Origin: Utricularia gibba | Taxonomy: Eukaryota > Plantae > Magnoliophyta | Length of the DNA stretch: 64,000 bases | Direction: 5' to 3' | Assembly (NCBI GenBank): GCA_002189035.1 | Contig: NEEC01000023.1 | Span: 558,001-622,000 of the forward strand | Shown here: in pieces, positions 56,059 to 64,000 of the stretch | Layout of the letters: each line of letters opens with the position of its first letter | How positions within the stretch are numbered: the stretch's first letter is position 1 | Notes under the pieces: model-generated | What the model saw: the letters and a program-made list of their open reading frames with translations, nothing else | Databases searched by the model: none | What the model was told of the DNA's origin: nothing | Made by a program: the position numbers and the translations under genes

Positions 56059-57234
56059 TTCCTTTCTTGCGGCAAACAGGAGGAGGAGGAAGAAGAAGAA
56101 GAAGATTGCGAAGAACAGTTAGCGATTCCAGAAGTATTTGTAGAAGGAACACACCCCCTACAAACTTGGATCTCTGTGCGAATGAAAGTTCAAATGTTTA
56201 CCAAATCCTCCTCCGGATTATCTCCATGAACCTCAACAGAAACAGAAACCTCATCAAATCCTCATCATCATTCCTCCCATTAACGCAGCATTCCCTTAGA
56301 ACAAGTCAAAAGGCAATCAATTCTCTACGGATTGGTGCATGCTTCATATTCTAGGCCTCATTCTCCAACTCCAAATAAATAAAACCTTCTTATTTTAGAA
56401 AAATGGTGACTTGTATGAATATGTAGAATTTTCCGAAAGGGTAACTGTCTGGGTCTCTTACAGCAATTGAAACAGAATCTTTGAAAAACACTTTCCTTAA
56501 TAGGAAAAGAACTTACCATTCGGCTAATGCCGACAACTCTTACTAAAGATGATCACAAATGGATAATTTCGTACTTAATATAACTTTCTAATGTTAGAAA
56601 CACCATCTAAAAATAATTAAACACGGTTAATTGTAATCAGTTTCTCTAATATACACCAGCATATAAATATAGTAGTTACAAACTGATAATCTGACAGAAA
56701 AAATCAACACACTATGATCCATCAAGCTTTTGGGGTCCTAAACCCAATCAGCACTAAGCATTTAGGACCAAAAAAATCAATAAAATTTCGGATCATCAAT
56801 ATATAAACCAAAACTCGATATTTTCTAGGATCGGTCCAGACCAGCCCACAGGCTCAAGTTTAGATTTATCTTGTTCTTGCATGACATTTTCTAGTCCACA
56901 AATCAAATGGTTCAAAGAAAGTAGATTTCACATCAGGTTGACAGGGAAGTAAGGTCTATACCCACCTGAGAAACTTAACGTACTCATTGAGATTTGTCCC
57001 TTCACCGATTACAGATTCGGATTTATAGTCATGGTTTGAATGAAAGCAGATTTGGCATCAGGTTCACATATGTGGACCGGGAAGCAAGGTTCAATTTGTA
57101 CCTGTTGAGTTCACCAGCCGGAGCTGTTCTGAAACGAATTGGGGACAGAAAGTTGTAGCAAAATTTCTGGTCTAGCTCAAAAGCCGCCCGTGTTCAGGCG
57201 TTATAGCACATTATATGCACTACGCAGGATGCTG

Positions 57235-59303
57235 TCACTGCACTCTCTCCTGTACAGAAGAACCCAATTCCCAGATCTTAATAGTTCCATCGTCACTGGC
57301 TGAGGCCAGGCGCCTTCTTTCCTGTCAAGTCCATGTAATGGAAGTGAGATTTGGAAGAATGGAGATGTGTTATGGGGTATGAGACTCACAGAGGGCGCCA
57401 TGGGGCTCCATCGCACGGCATTCAAATCCATGTCATGCGCCTTCTCTTTCTTCAGTAGCAATCTGTATGGTGGCGCATCCGCATCTTTCTGCAAAGTAAA
57501 CAAAAACAAGTGTCATTACAGAACGGTGGAAATGGAGTTCCAACATGGAGAGGTAGTTCGGATGATCAAATCTAAATATACCAAGTCATCTTCACTCTCG
57601 ACAAAGAAGCATATGGAGTTATCAGCTGCAGCAGTGCAAATTATTCTACTTCTGCAGTCAGCATACCATTTGCAAGGTTGTGATGCAGTTCAAGTTACTA
57701 AGTAAAAGCGGTTGAGTTTAACCGGAGGGGGTGAGAACGCAATAACGCTGGTACCTTGACCAATCGACACTAAAAATGGTGCGGCTGTGATAACCGGAGA
57801 GTGAGCATAGAAGGGACCTGAAGAAATAGAGCCGAATGTGAATACAGCAAGATAGTGAAGAGAGGGCTTCTGAGCGGGCGTAGATGGGTCGTCACTGCTC
57901 ACCAAGGTACATATTCCTCTCCATTATGTATCTTCTCCACATCAGTGCTCCATATCTTAATGGAAAGATCATCACTGCAGAATCATCAGAAAGGCAATGC
58001 CAAGTTCATGAAAATATTGTTCGGATCGCCGGAAGTTCATTTTCTACTCTGCCCCGGTTTGAAAACTAGTGCAAATGTGATCAACGATGCATGAAAGAAA
58101 TGAAAGGGAAAGCAGGGCAGAAATAGTGTGCGTACCTACAAGAAACCATCTTGTCTCCAGAGGCATTAAAAGATAAGGCCCAGACCGTTGATGTATGCCC
58201 ACTGAACGAAAAATAAGAACGTAAGAATTGGAAAAAAAGTTTCTTGACATAACACCAAGCAGAGTAGAATAGAAACCAAGAAAGATATCAAAGCATCAAA
58301 CATTCAAGGGTCGAGAAACACGCGAAGAAATATTTCTTTGTATCTCTCATGGATGCTCCAAGTACATCCACAATGAGAGCAGCTACCTATTAGATTCATC
58401 TAACGTTTGATGACAGGACCAATCACCGCTGTCTTTATCCTCGGTCCAGACCTTTGAACAGTCATTCAATTATAAAGTGATCAGATGCTACACAAAGGAT
58501 ACAGATTGAATGTAAAACTTGTTTCTACCTTGATTGAGTTGTCATAGCTACAAGAGAACAGAATATCCACTGTGGGATGCCATTGTACCATTTTAACGTC
58601 TTGGGAATGCCCGAGAAGGACTGAAAGACACTCGAACTCATTCTGCGGCAAAACTTCCCAGATTGCGATTGATTTGTCTCGTGAACAAGTAGCAATAAAC
58701 GCCCCAGACCCACTCCAGGATGCACTTTTAACTTCATTCTCATGGACCTAATTACAGATTTCACATCAAATTCAGTCAGCAAGTTGTGATGGGAGAATAT
58801 TAAAGTGCATAATTTATATGCATGCACTGCAGTTGAACACAGAATGAAGGCGGGTTTCTCATTTGAGAGTAAGGGAAAATACCGAAAGGGTGGAAACACA
58901 AACAAACTCGTCCCCATTCTCCTCCCAAATTGCCACAGTGGCATCAAAACTTGCTGTTGCTAATAAACTTCCATCCGGCGACCAAGCGCAAGACCTAACA
59001 GTCCTAGTATGCGTATCGAGGACTGCCTGAACAACAGGGAAACGAAACATCAGCGGAAACCCAAAGAATCATTCATACGCATCACTTCAACGATCAAGAG
59101 TATAATACCTTGCAGTGGAAAGAGCCATGAATTGGATCCTCGACCCAAATTCGAGCAGTTTTATCTCCACTGCAGGAAGCAAGAACGGCGGGGACACCAT
59201 TAACTCCGGTAGCCGGCTTCCACGCGATGCTCCAAACTCTGTCCGTGTGCCCCTCGAGCTTCTGAACTTCTCTGAGATCCAAATCCTCAGCAGCCAAATC
59301 CAT
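57235..59303 (-). CDS. CIA1: Cytosolic iron-sulfur assembly WD40 protein CIA1
   Basis: [39 protein letters not shown] and [13 protein letters not shown]; nine in-phase exons. Confidence 0.93.
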
Positions 59304-59828
59304 ACTTCAAGAAAACCCGAATTCAGCTCTCAAACTAGGGTTCTTGATGAAACGAATCGGAGCTCAATTTTGGGCATACAATTACTTGTATGATTTTGAC
59401 AGAATTGGGTGGGTTTGCCAATATATTACGTGTTGTTGGGCAACCAACGACCTTTCTCCTCCGCTTCCTCCGACGCCGTCACCGTTTCAAGGGAAACACA
59501 ACCCCTAAAAAATGTGAAATTAATTTTGTTTTCTTTTTTCTCAGAAGGGGAAGTTTGTAACCGTTTCCATCATCGTTGTCCATTTTATCAATCACACGAT
59601 TGGTTTTTTTTTCGTTAATCGACAAAAAAGGCGACCTTTCTTTCATGGTGGGAATTCCCACAAATAGTACCCATTTCTCCAGGCCAGAAACCACAAGAAA
59701 GTTGCAGGATTAAATTACAAATGGTGACAAAGGGGTGTTTCAGTAGCTGCGCAACGGTAAAATGCCAGCTTCATATGCATGATCCTACAGTAACCTTGGA
59801 GGCTGAACCAAAACGTGCAGCATAAGCA

Positions 59829-60520
59829 TCATTGAGCCTTGGCGACTGGCTCAAGAGCTTCAACAGTGACTACACTGTTTCCTCTGATGACCTGCAATCA
59901 ACGAAAATGCAGTAAAGTCCACAGTAATGAACGAAGTCGAAACTAACCAGGATTGAGCATGATGAGGATTTATTTCCCAGAGAATACTTGCCACCATGCC
60001 GATATCAGTTTTCTCACTTCCGTTCACTTCCACAGTATTATCCACCACCAAGTTCATAAACTGATCGAACCCACGAAGCGTCCCAACAACCGTGCGATTA
60101 GCATTAAGCTTAACTGCGAGACAGCAGGATACGTTAGTTCGAAAACCCCACAAAACCGAGAAGCAAGTACAGCGCACTACAGCCAGAGTGCAAATCTAGA
60201 AAGGAAACACGCAACACAGTACCTTCAATAAGCAAATCTAGCCAGTTGGTAGGAAGAGAATAACATCAAATTTTAACAAAACGACTTCTAACCCAAGTAT
60301 TTACATTATATGTATAACAATTAAAGCAGCTTGAAATCTAACACACAGTGAAGAAATTTAAAAGCAATAACTTACTCTGCAGTTTCTTGTCCATGTACCT
60401 GTAAAGAAAGGATGCCAATTTTCATCAGAATCAAGAAAAATACATGAAACCCTTAGAACGAAAAAAGCAGGGTGAAGACGCTAACTTTTTGAGATCCGGT
60501 GGCTGTCCCGATCTGCTCAT
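59829..60520 (-). CDS. SmG: Small nuclear ribonucleoprotein SmG
   Basis: [51 protein letters not shown]; four exons, last intron GC-AG. Confidence 0.95.
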
Positions 60521-61935
60521 CGCCGAGTCCTCAACAAGGCAACGAGTACTTCGCTCCGGTAAGCCCTAATAAAATGAATTGAGTGCTGTGAAATTTAAAG
60601 TGCATCGATGATGGGCCTCCGTACATCCATTGGGCCTGCAAATGCATATTTAAATTTATGATTGCAATTTTAATTATTTTGAATTCTTACATAATAATTA
60701 CTATTTAAAACACTGTATAATTATTAATTAAATACAAAAGTTTAAAAAAATGAAGGGGGCCAGAGAATGTAGTATTATGCCTCATTGGTTGAGCTCATTG
60801 AGATGAAGAATGAAATCAGTCATCCCTCGCACATCTAATTTTCTCCTCATCCCCACGAAAATTCAACAATTGGATACTCCAAATCGTTTTTGATGAATAT
60901 TGTCCACCCGCTTCGACGACAGAGCAGCCAGAGATGGGAAGCTCCAGGCTGGAAAATGGGTGAGAGACGGGATTCTCTGAAGGAAGACCCCAAAGAGAAT
61001 TCCGTAAAACACGCACAAGCACCGAAAAGTGCGTGAGCGTTTTGCGTTAATTTAGCGCGGCTATGACTCAATGGCTTCCATGGATCAAGAGGAAGGCGAT
61101 CTTAAGGGCCGCGCCGCCGCCAAAAAAATAACAGAGAATCTAGAGACGATGACAAAAGAAGTCGGAATCTCCGGTGAAGCGCAGGGAAACCTAATTAGGA
61201 GGCGAAATGAGGAAATGGGCGTATTTATATCAAATTGGAATTAATGGGCCGGGCCAGAATTGTGGGCCCAAAAGCGCACGGTAGCAATGTTCCGAAAGTA
61301 GGGGAACTGAGTCTAATCATTTTTATTCTGCCGCCGCCGTGCCGGCGCCGTCGCGAGAATGGGAAGACGGAGAAGAAGCTCCCTCGACCGGTAATCGAGC
61401 GTTACTCCTCCGGGAAGTTTCTCGAGGGAGTCGCCATGGCCGCCCGCCTCGAAGCGCCTCCGCAACAAGATCGCAAGATTCCCCACACAGGCAGGCGTAC
61501 ATGGGACAGCACAGAATTTGTTTACTTTAATTTAAATCTATTTAAAATATCTAAAAAAAATTGTAATTAAAAATTATTGAATGAAGTCGTAAATAAATAA
61601 TTAAATTGGACATGAAAAAAGGTTCCCGAGAGTTGTCGTTGAAAAGCCCCATCTCACATGCACCCGCGACCACCTCCCCCCACTTGATACTCGTCCTTTA
61701 TCCATTCAACCGTCTCACCTATACTCTAAATTTTAGAATAATTGAAAAAAAAAAACACAAAAATTATTATTATTATTTGTAAGGTGTATATGAAGTTTCT
61801 TACATGAAATTTTGGGCACCTGCCCAGATTCTACAAGTTGGTAACTACTAATTCGTTAATTACGAGGTTGGGTTGGGTTGTGTTTGGTAAATCATCCTGG
61901 TGCCCGGAGAGGAGGGGATTAGAATTTAGAAGGAA

Positions 61936-61976
61936 GGGGGCAGAGGGGGGGGGGGGGGGGTGGGGTGGGGGTGGGG
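61936..61976 (+). other. G-quadruplex-forming motif
   Basis: G5, G16, G4, G5 and G4 tracts separated by 1-4 nt. Confidence 0.7.
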
Positions 61977-62645
61977 CCAGTGTGATTAAAAGGGGTCGCC
62001 CGTCGCCCGCACAAATAAGACACGACCAGAAACCTGTGCGGGGTGGGCAACAAGCATCATGTGAGGAGGTGGTCCTCCGTACAGAGACCCCTCGAAGCTT
62101 GTTGCTCGCACGGACACATGGTGTGACACGCAGACGCACTGCAAATCTCCTCGCCTCCCATCTAATCTCTTCATTAATGAAATCAAATAAATGTCTCCAC
62201 GCCTCTACTCCCTGTCTCCACTCATCCACACCAGCTTAAAACTTCAATCATCAAATATAAATATAATAGATTATTTGATAGTATATTATATAATATTTAT
62301 ATTCAAATTTATTCATAAATTATTGTTTGATTAATTAGTATATATATTAATCTTATATGATTATATAAATTACTTATTCATTTTTTTAAGTATGTTGATG
62401 ATATACACAAATAGAGTAGGAGGGGGAAAGTAAGTTTAATTCTATCTATATAATTCCCGTACTTCTATTTTTATTTTCGAATATCAAATCTAGCATATAA
62501 GAGTGTTTTTTTTTCCATGGATTCTTGGAAAGTTGTTAGAGAAATACAGTGTTTTTTGTTTATCTTTAAACGAAATACGTGAGGTTGTTGATAAATCCAG
62601 TGGTGTGTGAGAGTGAGAGAAACGTGACGACTGTTGCAGAAGCAA

Positions 62646-63248
62646 ATGGGGAAGAAAATGAAATTCCCATTTCGGTTCAGGGACTTGCCGGCGAAACCGT
62701 CCGCCGGCGCAGACGCGTCGTGGAGGTGGCGAAGTTGCGTCACCAACCATCGCACCCTGTCTTTCCGATCGGTTCCGGAATCCACTGAATTCAATTTCCG
62801 ATCGGAGAATCAGAATCCCGACCCGGGGGCGGGGATAATCCGTTTCAAATCCGATCGATTCTTCTTCGAGCCTGGGGAAACGAGTTCCCTCTTGAAATCA
62901 TCGAAAAAAACCCCGGTTCCGATGGCGATGATGGAGGTGGAGTCAGGGAATCCGTACCTCGATTTCAGAGCGTCAATGGCAGAAATCATTGAAACCCACG
63001 AGCTGAAAGACGACTGGGAGTTTCTGGAAGAGCTTCTGGTGTGGTATCTGGAGCTGAATCGCAGTAGCAATCACGGATACATCGTCAACGCATTCATGGA
63101 TTTGGTAATGAAGGTGTCAGGACCGAGCGATTTGGATGACAATCGGTGGTGCTCCGGTTCCTCGGCGATGACGCAGTGTTGTTCCTTGAATTCGCCGGCG
63201 TCGTTTTCGTCTTCTGGGTTGTGTTCGTCATTGGAGAAAGGCGCGTAG
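62646..63248 (+). CDS. OFP: OVATE family protein (OFP13-like), intronless
   Basis: MGKKMKFPF..WRWRSC..TLSFR at the N-terminus and the OVATE domain ESGNPYLDFRASMAEIIE..LEELLVWYLELN..HGYIVNAFMDL. Confidence 0.92.
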   Translation: MGKKMKFPFRFRDLPAKPSAGADASWRWRSCVTNHRTLSFRSVPESTEFNFRSENQNPDPGAGIIRFKSDRFFFEPGETSSLLKSSKKTPVPMAMMEVESGNPYLDFRASMAEIIETHELKDDWEFLEELLVWYLELNRSSNHGYIVNAFMDLVMKVSGPSDLDDNRWCSGSSAMTQCCSLNSPASFSSSGLCSSLEKGA

Positions 63249-64000
63249 TCGTTAGAGGTAGTTAATTTAGTTGATTCTTCTCCTTCTTTTTCTTCTTTGT
63301 GGCTTCATTGTTTGTGCTCTGAGAAACCTTCAGGAGGATTGATCAGTGAACTCCAAGTTTGTCTCCAAGCTGGATAGCGACACTCACATGACAACTACTC
63401 CTCCCATGAAAAATCATTTTTTATATTATTTTAATTAAATAAATAAGAAAAAGCCTACATATTAAAAAACATTTAGGGTATGTATTATAATATAATTTAA
63501 TTCATATTATATTTAATTTAAAGATTGAAATATTGCTTAATTTATACGTTTTGTATATTTATATTTAAAATAATATTATATTTGATATTTCTATTAAACT
63601 TAGTTTGTTTAAATTTTGAAATGTTTAGCTCATTTTAAAATGGTTTGTCAAGCATACATTGTTATTCTTATATAACTCTATTTGAAATAATTTTTATTTT
63701 TTGAAAAATATTTTTAAAAAATATTTTTTGCGTCAGGTCTTCGTGCCTGCTCTTCTGGGCCAGAAATTAGCCTAACGCGTTATGGGCCTTTCCTAAAATA
63801 GGGCTCAGATCACTGTAGCAACGATAATTTTATTTTTTTAATATTAAATATCAAGTAATAAGTATTATTTGATCAGGTTTTTACTCTGTTGGAGTTGTGT
63901 TGTGTGTGTGTGATGAAAATACAACAGGAGTTCTGCCTGAGGAAGAGGGAAAAAAAAGCTACAATTTCACTTCCCTTCTGAGGCAAGATGGCAGAAGCGC

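Noticed and set aside
59829-60520. Alternative assignment as LSM7
   Set aside because: The [18 protein letters not shown] N-terminus is characteristic of SmG
63988-64000. Possible start of another gene (ATGGCAGAAGCGC) after site-II motifs
   Set aside because: Only four codons lie inside the window; it cannot be supported

Overview
Gene-dense nuclear DNA from a compact eudicot genome: about 19 protein-coding genes, mostly with short introns, plus one tRNA gene. In order, the window holds an oleosin, a probable decayed LINE, a TRM/DUF4378 protein, a conserved plastid-targeted small protein, NF-YB, a GPT-like microtubule protein, an unrecognised small secreted Pro-rich peptide, SYP71, tRNA-Pro(AGG) and an intronless multipass membrane protein. 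These are followed by a RAX/MYB36-type MYB, SAM synthetase, a CHY/RING ligase, threonine deaminase, an ECP63-like LEA, CTR1, PETAL LOSS-like trihelix, a KIPK-like AGCVIII kinase, a non-autonomous MULE, an SBT4 subtilase, CIA1, SmG and an OVATE protein. Five frameshifts in four genes are each repaired by adding one base to a homopolymer run, which points to long-read consensus error rather than pseudogenisation. The best leads are the orphan secreted peptide, a tRNA gene 161 nt upstream of the SYP71 start codon, a MULE with a perfect 10-bp TSD and a distinct internal segment, a 6-nt microexon, and four GC-AG introns. I found no clearly novel multi-gene system. Family assignments come from my recognition of motifs, not from database searches.
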